Positions 1 to 9,805 of a stretch of 64,000 nt of DNA are shown piece by piece; positions within the stretch are counted from its first letter, which is position 1; every line of letters starts with the position of its first letter. The stretch lies in contig JAZRSO010000032.1 of NCBI GenBank assembly GCA_045651525.1, forward strand, positions 73,748 through 137,747, written 5' to 3'. The position numbers and the translations under genes were made by a program. This DNA comes from Candidatus Enterousia sp. (GTDB lineage: Bacteria > Pseudomonadota > Alphaproteobacteria > Rs-D84). A model generated the notes under the pieces. It was not told where the DNA came from. It saw nothing but the letters and a program-made list of their open reading frames with translations, and did not search any database.

Positions 1-164
1 GCCCGATGATGGAAGAATTGTTGACACAGGTACATGATGGCGTGCGTGCAATATCTGGCGATACGCCTGTGCGCGTTGATTTAGTGTGGGATCCACCATG
101 GGATTTATCGCGTATGTCGGACGAGGCGCGTTTAGAACTAGATTTAACAAATCAAGGCTGGTGA
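1..164 (+). CDS. SufT-like Fe-S assembly protein (DUF59/MIP18 family), C-terminal fragment cut by the window edge
   Basis: The frame is open from the window edge to TGA at 162-164. The translation ...GDTPVRVDLVWDPPWDLSRMSDEARLELDL fits the conserved DUF59 C-terminus. A SufE-like gene follows 4 nt downstream. Confidence 0.6.
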   Translation, partial: PMMEELLTQVHDGVRAISGDTPVRVDLVWDPPWDLSRMSDEARLELDLTNQGW

Positions 165-168
165 TACG

Positions 169-531
169 ATGAATTATGTTGATATGAAAAATCTTTTAAA
201 TTCTGTTTCTGATCCGATGATGAAATTGGAATTGGTTATGGATTTTGGCAAGAATTTATCGCCTGTGCCACAGAATGCCACGTGTACAGAAATTGTGGGG
301 TGTTCGTCGTTTGTTGAAATTTGTCGTGATGGTAATAATTTTTATGGGCGTGCCGATTCGGCAATTGTTGCTGGAATCGTTGCAATATTTATTGCAATGG
401 TTGATGGCAAAGAAGACGCAGAAATAAAAAATATAAACTTTGTACAAGAGTTTTCTGAACTGAATTTACACCTGGGCGCGGGTCGCTTGAATGGTGTGAA
501 TTCTATGATTCGTTTTTTTCAAAATTTGTGA
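169..531 (+). CDS. sufE: SufE-like sulfur acceptor protein
   Basis: 120 aa. TEIVGCSSFVEI resembles the SufE/CsdE active-site Cys loop. The gene is adjacent to the DUF59 gene. Confidence 0.6.
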   Translation: MNYVDMKNLLNSVSDPMMKLELVMDFGKNLSPVPQNATCTEIVGCSSFVEICRDGNNFYGRADSAIVAGIVAIFIAMVDGKEDAEIKNINFVQEFSELNLHLGAGRLNGVNSMIRFFQNL

Positions 532-569
532 TAAAATACGTAGTAATTATTGCAAGTGGGGGCAGGGGA

Positions 570-863
570 ATGAATGATGATGAAAAAATGTTTCAAATAG
601 GTGTATGGTTATTATGTGTCGTGCTGTTTTTGACTGTCCTGTTGCAGGTTGCATTTCGTACACAAGACAGGCAATTACGAAGTGTTAGAAATGATATTGT
701 AAAAACACAGCAAGAAATCGCAATGAAACAAACAAAATTTGCGTCGCTGATAAGCCTGGAAAACTTGCGTAATGTTGTTTCAATGGTTTTGCCCAGGACA
801 GAAACAGTAAACTATGCAAAATCTGTTGATGTGTACGAATTAAAAGACAGGAAAATTGACTGA
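570..863 (+). CDS. ftsL: cell division protein FtsL-like (single-pass membrane, coiled coil)
   Basis: Small protein with one TM helix (IGVWLLCVVLFLTVLLQVAF) followed by a coiled-coil stretch. Its stop overlaps the ftsI start (ATGA-type junction at 863). An alternative GTG start at 528 overlaps the sufE stop. The ATG at 570 has a G-rich SD. Confidence 0.55.
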   Translation: MNDDEKMFQIGVWLLCVVLFLTVLLQVAFRTQDRQLRSVRNDIVKTQQEIAMKQTKFASLISLENLRNVVSMVLPRTETVNYAKSVDVYELKDRKID

Positions 864-2506
864 TGTTCGAAGTTGGTAAAGATATTTTAAAACACGGGAT
901 TTCTGCAACACAAAACGATGCGACTACACGTCGCAGGTTGAATTTTATATATTTTGCATTTTTATTTGCTTTTGTTTTGTTCGGGGCGCGTACATTGCAA
1001 TTGGGTATCCAGGGTACAGAAAAAACAAGAAATATTGGCGCAAATGGCCAGTGGCTGGTTGAACGTGCAGATATTGTGGATAGAAATGGCGATATATTGG
1101 CTAAAAACGTTATGTCTGGTTCTGTTCAACTGATAAACAAATTTGTACAAGATAAGGATAGGGAAGAAATTGCACATTTGATACATGAATTGTTCCCTTA
1201 TAAATATTCTTTGGCTGATGCGTTAAAACTGGTCAGACCAGAACGTGGTTATGTTTTGTTGGCAAAAAATGCATCTGAAAATCAAATTAAAAAAGTAAAA
1301 GAAGCAAAACTGGTCGGACTGGAAGTAGACCAAAAACAAATCAGAATATATCCAAAGCGCAGATTGTTTTCACATGTTGTCGGATTTGTTGGCAAGGATG
1401 GTGTCGGACTGGATGGGGCAGAAAAACGATTTAACGATTATCTGACAGAAAATAGTGATCCGTTGCGGTTGTCGCTGGATTCACGAATTCAATCTGTTTT
1501 CTATGAACAGTTATCAATCGCAATGCAAAAGTATAGTGCCAAGGCTGCAATGGGTATGTTGATGAATTCGCGAACAGGGGAAATGTTGGCGATGGTGTCG
1601 TTGCCTGATTTTGATCCGCAGAATTTAAATCTAGACCCTGTGGCAAATCGCAGTTTTAAGCCAATGCGTATGGTTTATGAACCAGGCTCTATTTTCAAGA
1701 TATTTAATACTGCGTTGGCATTGGAAAATGGAATTGATATCAAAAAAGAATATTATGTTGCCAAGCCGTTCCCGATATATGATAAGTTCGGCAGACTGGC
1801 AAAAAAAATTACAGATATTCGCAGTTTTAAACCCTTGCGACCAAGTATAAATATCGAAGAAATTATGTTGCAGTCGTGTAATGTTGGCAGTGCGCAAATT
1901 GCACTGGAATTACCAGAAAATGCGCAAAAAGAATTCTTTGAAAAATTACATATGAACAAGGCGCTGTCCCTTGAATTTGGCCGTACAGAAAACACAATTC
2001 CACAACGCAAATGGGGGCCGGTGGAACGCGCAACAGTTGCGTATGGCCAGGGTTATGCAATTACGCCTATGCACTTGTTGTTGGGGGTAAATGCGGTTGC
2101 AAATGGCGGTATTTATATTTATCCAACGTTACAAAAAAGAAATGTTGGTGTTGTGCAAGGCGAACGCGTTTTGGCGGATGAAATTTCTGCGAAATTGCGT
2201 CCTATTATGTTGCGTGTTGCCGAAGAAACCAGTGGTAAAAAAGCACGTGTCGCAGGTGTGAAAATTGGTGGCAAGACTGCGACTGCTGAAAAATATACAA
2301 ATGGCAAGGTTGATAATAAACGTAACATTACATCGTTTGTTGGCGTGTTCCCAGCAGATGCACCACAATATACAATTCTGGTTGTTTTAGATGAACCACA
2401 GGGAACAAAAGAAACACTTGGGTGGCGTACAGCTGCGTGGAACGCAGTGCCAACAACCGGTAAAATTTTAGATAGTATCATGCCATTGCTATTTGAAGAA
2501 TTTTAG
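863..2506 (+). CDS. ftsI: peptidoglycan D,D-transpeptidase FtsI (PBP3)
   Basis: 547 aa with an N-terminal TM anchor. Penicillin-binding motifs are present: SxxK (GSIFKIF), SxN (QSCNVG) and KTG-like (GGKTATAE). Confidence 0.9.
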   Translation: MFEVGKDILKHGISATQNDATTRRRLNFIYFAFLFAFVLFGARTLQLGIQGTEKTRNIGANGQWLVERADIVDRNGDILAKNVMSGSVQLINKFVQDKDREEIAHLIHELFPYKYSLADALKLVRPERGYVLLAKNASENQIKKVKEAKLVGLEVDQKQIRIYPKRRLFSHVVGFVGKDGVGLDGAEKRFNDYLTENSDPLRLSLDSRIQSVFYEQLSIAMQKYSAKAAMGMLMNSRTGEMLAMVSLPDFDPQNLNLDPVANRSFKPMRMVYEPGSIFKIFNTALALENGIDIKKEYYVAKPFPIYDKFGRLAKKITDIRSFKPLRPSINIEEIMLQSCNVGSAQIALELPENAQKEFFEKLHMNKALSLEFGRTENTIPQRKWGPVERATVAYGQGYAITPMHLLLGVNAVANGGIYIYPTLQKRNVGVVQGERVLADEISAKLRPIMLRVAEETSGKKARVAGVKIGGKTATAEKYTNGKVDNKRNITSFVGVFPADAPQYTILVVLDEPQGTKETLGWRTAAWNAVPTTGKILDSIMPLLFEEF

Positions 2507-2541
2507 ATTATAATACATACGACAATAAAAAAGAGTAAAAC

Positions 2542-4290
2542 GTGAAAAGAATAGTGGATAAATCCATGCTGGGCAAGGCATGGGTGTTGGCGTATGATGA
2601 ATTTAGTAGTGCAGATGATTTGTTGAAAAATGTTCTGGCTGGACGTGGAATTGTGTCAGACGCCGATACGAAACAGTTTTTAAACCCAAGTATCAAGGAT
2701 TCTATGCCAAATCCGTCTGTGTTGATGGATATGGATAGGGCTGCGAAAATAATTGCAGATGCGGTACAAAATCATCAAAAAATCGCAATATACGGCGACT
2801 ATGATGTTGATGGTATTACATCAACTGCTGTGTTTGTAAAATATTTGCAGGCATTGGGTATCGATGTTGTTTGGCACCTGCCAACCCGCGAAGGCGAAGG
2901 TTATGGGTTAAATAATGATGCAATCGCAGAAATCGTCAAAGATAATGTAAATCTGATGATTACTGTTGATTGTGGTATCAGCGGTGTTGAAGAGGTGGCT
3001 TTTGCAAAAAAATCTGGGTTGACAGTTGTTGTCACAGACCATCATTCACCAGATGCTGTTCTGCCAGATGCAGACGCGGTTGTAAATCCAAAGCGTCTTG
3101 ATGATACGTCGGGATTGTCTTATTTGGCGGGTGTTGGTGTTGCGTTTTTAACTGTGGTTGCGGTAAACCGTGAACTGAAAAGCCGTAGTTTAGATTCTGA
3201 TTTGGCAGATAAAGTAAAAAATGAAAATCTGTTAAATTATATGGATTTTGTGGCATTGGGAACAATCTGTGACACGATGCCATTGGTTGACTTGAATCGT
3301 GCGTTTGTTGCAACAGGCCTGAAAGTTTTGGGATTGCGTCAGAATCTGGGGTTGCGTGTGCTGATGGATTTGGCTGGGATTAAAAAGCCATCTGTATATG
3401 CCGCAGGTTTTGCATTGGGGCCGCGTTTGAATGCAGCAGGTCGTTTAGATTCTGCATCGCCGGCATTGGAATTATTGCTGACAGACAATCAATTGATTGC
3501 ACATGACTTGGCAAATAAATTGCATCAGATGAATCAAGAAAGAATTGATATTCAAAATGCAATTATGTTGGCGGCGACAGATATGGCGGAAAAATGTTGC
3601 CAGGGCGGAAAATGCAGCTTGTTTGTATGCGGTGATAATTGGCATGGTGGCGTTATGGGAATTATCGCGGGGCGGTTAAAAGATAAATATAATTTACCGT
3701 CGTGTGTTGCAACAAAATCAGATGGTCAAATCAATGGTTCTGGACGTTCTATTGCAGGGGTTGATTTGGGGAAAATTATTCATGATGCGCTGGCTGCCGG
3801 TGTGTTGAGCGAGGGTGGCGGACATGCCGCTGCTGCTGGGTTTTCGCTGACCGAAGATAACGAAGGTGCATTTTGTGAATTCTTGGAACGTGCAGTTAAA
3901 GAACAGTTAAATGGCGAAATACCACAACCAGAAATTATGGTTGATGCACAATTGGATGCAGGTGGCGCAACAATGCGTCTGATTAAACAGTTGTCATCAC
4001 TGGAACCTTTTGGTCAGGGTAATCCAGAACCAACATTGGTTTTACATGGGTGTTCTTTGCGATATGCGTCTGTTATGGGAAATGGTTCTCATTTGCGGGG
4101 CAGTGTAATGACCAGTGCAGGAACACAATTGTCTTTTGTTGGGTTTAATCTGGTTGGAACAGATGTTGGTAATTTTTTACTAGACGATGCGAATACAAAT
4201 ACTAAAATAATGATGTTGGGCAAGTTAAAAGAAAATGAATATAACGGACGCGTCAGTGTTCAGTTCGTTCTGGAAGATATAGCGATGTGA
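2542..4290 (+). CDS. recJ: single-stranded-DNA-specific exonuclease RecJ
   Basis: 582 aa. DHH motifs are present (IYGDYDVDGITS, VTDHH) with a DHHA1 GGGH motif (EGGGHAAAAG). GTG start. Confidence 0.9.
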   Translation: MKRIVDKSMLGKAWVLAYDEFSSADDLLKNVLAGRGIVSDADTKQFLNPSIKDSMPNPSVLMDMDRAAKIIADAVQNHQKIAIYGDYDVDGITSTAVFVKYLQALGIDVVWHLPTREGEGYGLNNDAIAEIVKDNVNLMITVDCGISGVEEVAFAKKSGLTVVVTDHHSPDAVLPDADAVVNPKRLDDTSGLSYLAGVGVAFLTVVAVNRELKSRSLDSDLADKVKNENLLNYMDFVALGTICDTMPLVDLNRAFVATGLKVLGLRQNLGLRVLMDLAGIKKPSVYAAGFALGPRLNAAGRLDSASPALELLLTDNQLIAHDLANKLHQMNQERIDIQNAIMLAATDMAEKCCQGGKCSLFVCGDNWHGGVMGIIAGRLKDKYNLPSCVATKSDGQINGSGRSIAGVDLGKIIHDALAAGVLSEGGGHAAAAGFSLTEDNEGAFCEFLERAVKEQLNGEIPQPEIMVDAQLDAGGATMRLIKQLSSLEPFGQGNPEPTLVLHGCSLRYASVMGNGSHLRGSVMTSAGTQLSFVGFNLVGTDVGNFLLDDANTNTKIMMLGKLKENEYNGRVSVQFVLEDIAM

Positions 4291-4294
4291 AAAA

Positions 4295-5245
4295 ATGGAA
4301 AATAAAATACAAGATTTTTTTGAGCATATCAAAGCCGCAAAATCAATTGTCATTATGGGACATAAAAACCCAGATGGCGATTCGTTGTGCAGTGTGTTGG
4401 CATTGGCGCATTTGATTGAATTAAATTTTGGGGTTCAGCCATTGTGTGTATATGACGGCAATATTTCGGACAGTCTTGATTATGTCCCGCATCGTCATCG
4501 TATCAAGTATTTTGAACGTGTTGATTTAACGCAAATATTTGATGTCGCAATTGTTATGGATTATGGAAATCAAGCGCATATTGGTGGACCGCGTCCATTG
4601 GTGGATAATGCAAAATTTATTGTGGAAATAGACCATCATAAAAACGATAATACGATTGCTGAGTTATGTTTGAATGATGATACTGCGGCGGCAACGGCAA
4701 TTATTGTTTATAATGTTATGCGTGCTGCGAATATGAATATTGACAGTATTGCATCTGATTTATTAGCACTGGGTATTTTAACGGATACAGGTAATTTTAA
4801 ATTTGTGCGCAATGGTGATGCGTTGCGAATAATGGCTGATTTAATTGATAGCGGTGTAAATGTTCGCAACTTGATTGAATTGATGAATAATAAACAACGC
4901 AAGGCTGTACAATTAGAAGCGCAAACCGCTGCAAATGCAGAATTCTTTTATAACGGTCGATTGGCATTGGCGACCGTATATAAAAAGGATTATAAATATC
5001 TTGATGGTCGTGGTGAACTTGTATTAAATCTGCTGGGACAAATCAAGGGTGTTGAATATATCGTACTGTTAAAAGAACAAAAGCCGGAACAAACAGGGGT
5101 TTCTATACGCAGTCGCAGAAAACCAATTGATGGAATTGCTGTGGCGTTGGGCGGTGGCGGACATGAGCGTGCCGCCGGCGCAATTGTTCGTGATAATATG
5201 GAAAATGTTCGTAAACGTATCTTGGAATTATTTAAGGGGGAATAG
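4295..5245 (+). CDS. DHH/DHHA1 phosphoesterase, NrnA-like oligoribonuclease/pAp phosphatase
   Basis: 316 aa with the motifs GHKNPDGDS, EIDHHKND and GGGGHERAAGA. Confidence 0.75.
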   Translation: MENKIQDFFEHIKAAKSIVIMGHKNPDGDSLCSVLALAHLIELNFGVQPLCVYDGNISDSLDYVPHRHRIKYFERVDLTQIFDVAIVMDYGNQAHIGGPRPLVDNAKFIVEIDHHKNDNTIAELCLNDDTAAATAIIVYNVMRAANMNIDSIASDLLALGILTDTGNFKFVRNGDALRIMADLIDSGVNVRNLIELMNNKQRKAVQLEAQTAANAEFFYNGRLALATVYKKDYKYLDGRGELVLNLLGQIKGVEYIVLLKEQKPEQTGVSIRSRRKPIDGIAVALGGGGHERAAGAIVRDNMENVRKRILELFKGE

Positions 5246-5249
5246 TTAC

Positions 5250-5867
5250 ATGATAAAGAAAATATTTACGTTTGTGTTTTGTGCTGTTTTGTCTGTAAAT
5301 GCGTTTGCGGGCGTTGATACGAAATTGATTGAACGTGCAGAAAAATATTTAAATTCTATTACTGGGTTAAATGGGACTTTTGTTCAAACGGCAAATGGTA
5401 AAAATCAGTCTGGGGATTTTGCGATGTTGCGCCCTGGACGTGTTCGTCTTGATTACGACAATATGCCAATTCAACTGATTGCGGATGGTCAAGATTTGTA
5501 TTTCTTTGACAAGTCGTTGGATCAAATTACAACTGTGCCACTGACCAGTACGCCAGCTGGGATTTTAATCAGAAAAAATATCGATTTAAAAAATGCAGAT
5601 ATAAATGTTGTTGAAACAAATGATTATAAAAATACTTTTTCGCTGATGCTGAATTTGCGTGGCCAAGAAGGACTGGGGCATATGACAGTTGTGTTTGATA
5701 AAAATCCTGTGAAATTAAATTCTTGGTCTGTTGTTGACGCAACAGGCGCAACCACAGATGTTGCGTTTCGTGGTTTGAAAGAAAAAACAAAGTTTGATAA
5801 AAATTTCTTTCAAATACAGCGGCATAAAACAGTTAGCACCAGTGGTGGTGATGATTTCTATGATTAA
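5250..5867 (+). CDS. lolA: outer-membrane lipoprotein carrier protein LolA
   Basis: The internal ATG at 5250 gives the signal peptide MIKKIFTFVFCAVLSVNAFA. LolA-like body (FVQT...G.F...RPG..R..Y). The longer ORF from 5127 overlaps the upstream gene. Confidence 0.8.
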   Translation: MIKKIFTFVFCAVLSVNAFAGVDTKLIERAEKYLNSITGLNGTFVQTANGKNQSGDFAMLRPGRVRLDYDNMPIQLIADGQDLYFFDKSLDQITTVPLTSTPAGILIRKNIDLKNADINVVETNDYKNTFSLMLNLRGQEGLGHMTVVFDKNPVKLNSWSVVDATGATTDVAFRGLKEKTKFDKNFFQIQRHKTVSTSGGDDFYD

Positions 5868-5869
5868 AA

Positions 5870-6163
5870 ATGTTTGGAATAAGTTGGGCTGAATTTTTTG
5901 TAATTATTGTTGTGGCGGTATTGGTTATACCGTCGCGCTTGTGGCCTGATGTTGCACGTTTCTTGGCGCGTTTGGTAAATGTTGTGCGTCAGATTATTTG
6001 GAAAATTACAGATGCCTCTGAAAATCTTAAACAGCAAATTGATTTAGAAAAACCAATTGATGATTTGATTCATAATACAACAAATGATGTGTTGGATGGA
6101 TTTTCAACTGTAATCAAGCAAAAAAAGACTATAAAGAAAACTAAGAAAAAGGTGTCAAAATGA
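5870..6163 (+). CDS. tatB: Sec-independent translocase subunit TatB (TatA/B family)
   Basis: 97 aa. The N-terminus MFGISWAEFFVIIVVAVLVI forms a TM helix, followed by an amphipathic helix. The gene overlaps the tatC start by 4 nt. Confidence 0.65.
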   Translation: MFGISWAEFFVIIVVAVLVIPSRLWPDVARFLARLVNVVRQIIWKITDASENLKQQIDLEKPIDDLIHNTTNDVLDGFSTVIKQKKTIKKTKKKVSK

Positions 6164-6867
6164 AAAAAATGACACTGATGCAACATTTTTCTGAAATGCG
6201 CCGACGTATTTTGTGGTGTGTGCTGATTTTTTGTTTGGCGTTTGTTTTTGGATGGTATTTGTCGCCATTGTTACAAAATTGTTTGACGCAGCCTTTGTTG
6301 TCTGTGTGGCCTGATGGGACATTGTTATATACAGGACTGACAGATGGATTGATGATTCGTTTGTCTTTGTCTGTACTGTTTTCATTGATTGTTTTGATGC
6401 CTGTTTTGTTGTGGCATATTTGGGCCTTTGTCAGTCCAGGACTTCATAAAACAGAACGTAATTTTATTTGGCCAATACTTGTTTTGTCGCCAGTGTTATT
6501 TTTAATGGGCGCATCATTTGCATTTTACTTTCTGTTTCCAATTGCGTTTAAATTCTTTGTTGAATTAAATCAGACAACAGATGTGCCAAGTATGTTATTA
6601 CCTGTGGCGCGTGACTATTTGCGATTCGCAATTGGTATGTTGAAAATATTTGGTGTGGCGTTTCAGTTGCCTTTGATTATGGTTTTGATGAATAGACTGG
6701 GGGTATTAAAACGCAGTCTGGTTGTAAAATCCAGACGATATGCAATTGTGTTTATCGTAATTGTTGCGGCTGTTCTGACACCACCAGATGTAGTTTCACA
6801 GGTTTTATTAGCGTTGCCGTTATGGTTGTTGTTTGAATTTAGTATTTTGTTTATGCGTCGTGATTAA
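6160..6867 (+). CDS. tatC: Sec-independent translocase subunit TatC
   Basis: 235 aa polytopic membrane protein with a typical TatC N-terminus (LMQHFSEMRRRIL) and a PPD motif (LTPPDVVSQ). Confidence 0.9.
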   Translation: MKKMTLMQHFSEMRRRILWCVLIFCLAFVFGWYLSPLLQNCLTQPLLSVWPDGTLLYTGLTDGLMIRLSLSVLFSLIVLMPVLLWHIWAFVSPGLHKTERNFIWPILVLSPVLFLMGASFAFYFLFPIAFKFFVELNQTTDVPSMLLPVARDYLRFAIGMLKIFGVAFQLPLIMVLMNRLGVLKRSLVVKSRRYAIVFIVIVAAVLTPPDVVSQVLLALPLWLLFEFSILFMRRD

Positions 6868-6888
6868 ATTTATGATATAATATGGCGT

Positions 6889-8199
6889 ATGAAAAAATTC
6901 TTTTTAATTTGTATTGGAATTATATTGACGCAGACTGCATGTGATTTGCAACCGCGTGTTATGTCATTTCCTGATAGTGTTGGGGATTTTATCTCTGCAC
7001 GATATCCTGCGTTGCTGGCAGATCCTAATACAAATCCAGAAATATATAATTCTGCTGTGACAGACTATGGCGTGTACGAATCGCCTGACTTATACGGTAC
7101 AGAATCTGTTGAAGACGATATCGTGTATGCAAGTGCGGATGATTACATGATGCCGGCACAGTCTGATGTAACAGATTCCGAATCGATGTATGGGGCAGAA
7201 CTTGTGGTTGTTTCGGAAAAAACACAAGAATTTGTTGCTGTGGCAAACACACCAGATGTATCAGAAGATGTGATAATTGTTGAACGTGGTGATACATTGT
7301 ACAGTCTTGCAAAAAAGCATAATACATCTGTTGATAGTTTGGCACGTGTAAATCATCTGACACAACCGTATCAGCTGGCTGTTGGGCAGAAATTAGTATT
7401 GTCTGATTCTGAAAGTGTGGATGCCGACCCAGAAGATACGACGGATGTTTTGGTTGTGAACAAGCCGACAAGTGCGGTCAAGACAACAACTCGTATTGAA
7501 TTGTCAGATATTACAGTACAGCCTGGGGATACACTGTATTCTTTATCCAGAAAACATTCGGTTCCTGTAAATGATTTGGCTGTTATGAATAAATTGACGC
7601 CACCATTTGCATTGTCTGTTGGTCAAAAATTGCGTGTGCCACAGGCTGGTAATATTGTCGCAACAGAAAAAACAACACAGGTGGCATCTGCGATAAACAC
7701 ACAAAAATCTGCAACAGCTGTAAAAAAGGATGAAACAGTTGCAATACAATCAAAGCCTGTACAGACAACTAAAAAGATTTCGTCAGATCCGTCAAAGAAA
7801 TTGCCGAAGATTACAGAACGTTCTTCGTCAAAGTTCTCGTGGCCTGTACGTGGCAAGATATTGTCTGCATATGGTGCAAAATCAAATGGGTTATTTAATG
7901 ATGGTATAAATATTTCTGCAAAGCAGGGCACTGCTGTCAAGGCTGCAGAAAATGGTGTTGTTGCGTATGCAGGAAATGAAGTCAAGGGTATGGGTAATCT
8001 GATAATTATTCAGCATTCTGGTGGTTGGATGACTGTATATGCACATATGGATTCAATGAATGTTAAACGTGGTACGCGTGTAAATGTCGGACAGAAAATA
8101 GGCGCTGTTGGAAAAACTGGCAAGGTAGATAGCCCGCAATTGCACTTTGAAATTCGCAAGGGTACCAAGGCATATAATCCAAATGCTTATTTAAAGTAA
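6889..8199 (+). CDS. LysM-domain M23 metallopeptidase lipoprotein (NlpD-like)
   Basis: Lipobox-like ILTQTAC. Two LysM repeats (GDTLYSLAKKHNTSVDSLARVNHL, GDTLYSLSRKHSVPVNDLAVMNKL). C-terminal M23 motifs (GINI, HSGGWMTVYAH, LHFEIRK). Confidence 0.88.
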   Translation: MKKFFLICIGIILTQTACDLQPRVMSFPDSVGDFISARYPALLADPNTNPEIYNSAVTDYGVYESPDLYGTESVEDDIVYASADDYMMPAQSDVTDSESMYGAELVVVSEKTQEFVAVANTPDVSEDVIIVERGDTLYSLAKKHNTSVDSLARVNHLTQPYQLAVGQKLVLSDSESVDADPEDTTDVLVVNKPTSAVKTTTRIELSDITVQPGDTLYSLSRKHSVPVNDLAVMNKLTPPFALSVGQKLRVPQAGNIVATEKTTQVASAINTQKSATAVKKDETVAIQSKPVQTTKKISSDPSKKLPKITERSSSKFSWPVRGKILSAYGAKSNGLFNDGINISAKQGTAVKAAENGVVAYAGNEVKGMGNLIIIQHSGGWMTVYAHMDSMNVKRGTRVNVGQKIGAVGKTGKVDSPQLHFEIRKGTKAYNPNAYLK

Positions 8200-8200
8200 G

Positions 8201-8226
8201 AAAACCGCCGTATGGCGGTTTTTATT
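8201..8226 (+). terminator. rho-independent terminator
   Basis: aaaaccgcc-gtat-ggcggtttttat immediately after the stop codon. Confidence 0.8.
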
Positions 8227-8291
8227 ATGAATACTGTCGTATAAATTATTTTTATTTCCTGTGATATTTTATATCTTGCAGGAGGTTTAAT

Positions 8292-9518
8292 ATGAAAAAA
8301 GTAATCTTTATTTTATGTGTTATTTTGGTGGTGTTGCTGATTGTGTGGTTGGTAATGCGATATAATAAATTTATTGCGCCAAGTGAAAAATATGTTGCGT
8401 CTGACGCAGATACAGAAATTGTTATATATGATATCGATGACTTGGAACAAAGGGCTGCTAATATTATACCCAGTGCTGGTTTTGACTATATATATGGGGG
8501 CGCAGAAACAGAAGGTACAATGCGCAGGAATATATCTGCGTTTGATGATATTGAAATTTATCCACGTGTTTTAACGGGTGTTGATATGCCAGATATTTCA
8601 ACCAGTATCTTGGGTGTTGATATATCATTGCCTGTTATCGCGGCACCTGCCGCCGCCCATGGTCTGGCACACGTGTCGGCCGAGGCCGGCAGCGCTCGTG
8701 GTGTTGCCGCTAGTGGAACAATTATGAGTGTTAGTAACTATGCAAGTTCTTCATTAGAAGAAATTGCAAATGCTGTTCCAGGTGCGCCACAATGGTTTCA
8801 ATTGTATCTTAGCAAAGACGATTCGTTTAATCGGGCCTTGGTCAAAAAAGCAGAAGATTTAGGTTTTCGTGCAATCATATTGACTGTGGATGCGCCAATC
8901 GGTGGCAGACGTGTTCGTGATATAAGAAATGATTTTAAATTCCCATTGCCGTTGCCAAATGTTGCGCAAAAAAGTGGTCCAACAAAAGGGCAGGGTATTG
9001 GAAAAATATTTGCAGCTGGACAAAATAGGCTGACACCATATGATGTGATGCGTGTAAAACATATGACTGATTTGCCTGTTATTGTCAAAGGGATACAGCA
9101 TCCAGACGATGCAGAAATCGCAATTGCTGCGGGCGCAGACGCAATATGGGTTTCTAATCATGGTGGACGTCAGCTGGATGGTGCGCCTGCATCCATAGAA
9201 GTATTGTCGGATATTGCAAAGCGTGTAAATAAACGCGTGCCAATTATTTTTGATAGTGGTATCAGACGCGGTCAGCATATCTTCAAAGCAATCGCCAGTG
9301 GCGCAGATGTTGTTGCGATTGGACGACCTGTTATTTATGGTTTGGCATTGGGTGGATGGCGTGGTGTTGTGTCTGTCTTTGATTATTTAAAACAAGATTT
9401 ACGCAGGGTAATGACATTGGCAGGCACGCAGACGATTGAAGATATAAAAAATGCAAAATTATATATACCAAAGTGTGATTGTGATAAAAACTTGCATTTG
9501 ACAGAAAAAAGTCTATAA
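8292..9518 (+). CDS. FMN-dependent alpha-hydroxy-acid oxidase/dehydrogenase (L-lactate oxidase-like) with an N-terminal TM helix
   Basis: 408 aa. TIM-barrel FMN motifs are present (QWFQLY, TVD.P..G.R.RD, VKGI, SNHGGRQLDG, DSGIRRG). An unusual hydrophobic N-terminus, VIFILCVILVVLLIVWLVM, precedes them. Confidence 0.8.
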   Translation: MKKVIFILCVILVVLLIVWLVMRYNKFIAPSEKYVASDADTEIVIYDIDDLEQRAANIIPSAGFDYIYGGAETEGTMRRNISAFDDIEIYPRVLTGVDMPDISTSILGVDISLPVIAAPAAAHGLAHVSAEAGSARGVAASGTIMSVSNYASSSLEEIANAVPGAPQWFQLYLSKDDSFNRALVKKAEDLGFRAIILTVDAPIGGRRVRDIRNDFKFPLPLPNVAQKSGPTKGQGIGKIFAAGQNRLTPYDVMRVKHMTDLPVIVKGIQHPDDAEIAIAAGADAIWVSNHGGRQLDGAPASIEVLSDIAKRVNKRVPIIFDSGIRRGQHIFKAIASGADVVAIGRPVIYGLALGGWRGVVSVFDYLKQDLRRVMTLAGTQTIEDIKNAKLYIPKCDCDKNLHLTEKSL

Positions 9519-9549
9519 TTAGCCCCGTTCTGATAAAGAAATCAGTTCT

Positions 9550-9625
9550 GGATGCGTAGCTCAGTTGGTAGAGCAACTGACTCTTAATCAGTGGGTCCAG
9601 GGTTCGAGTCCCTGCGCGTCCACCA
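9550..9625 (+). tRNA. tRNA-Lys (anticodon CUU), CCA encoded
   Basis: A manual cloverleaf folds well. Acceptor ggatgcg/cgcgtcc (one G-U pair), D arm gctc-agttggta-gagc, anticodon stem actga/tcagt with loop cTCTTaa, T arm caggg-ttcgagt-ccctg, discriminator A plus CCA. Confidence 0.9.
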
Positions 9626-9700
9626 AAAATACAACGACCACGAATGTGGTCGTTTTATTTTTGGACAGACAAGCGGACGAGAACCCGTAACAGGGTTCGG
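9618..9700 (+). repeat. 83-bp direct repeat, copy 1 (starts inside the tRNA-Lys 3-prime end)
   Basis: Sequence gtccaccaaaaatacaacgaccacgaatgtggtcgttttatttttggacagacaagcggacgagaacccgtaacagggttcgg. It recurs at 9806-9888 with a single mismatch. Confidence 0.95.
9634..9662 (+). terminator. rho-independent terminator after tRNA-Lys
   Basis: acgaccac-gaat-gtggtcgt followed by ttttattttt. Confidence 0.75.
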
Positions 9701-9805
9701 AACGTCAGTTGGTGAAAACAAGTGAAACGCAGTTTGAACCTTACGTAGTGAAAGGGGCCCATCGTGGCAATGTGCCACAGATGGGAATATACAGTCCCAA
9801 GCTGT

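Noticed and set aside
5127-5249. N-terminally extended ORF-track starts: lolA 5127, fba 47203, 47242, 47713, 51006, 52732, 54048, 56691, 59870, 61290, 28895, 24927, 24881 and 39962.
   Set aside because: The extensions overlap upstream genes or terminators, or use non-ATG codons. Internal ATG or GTG codons give proper signal peptides, lipoboxes or SD spacing, so the shorter models were adopted.
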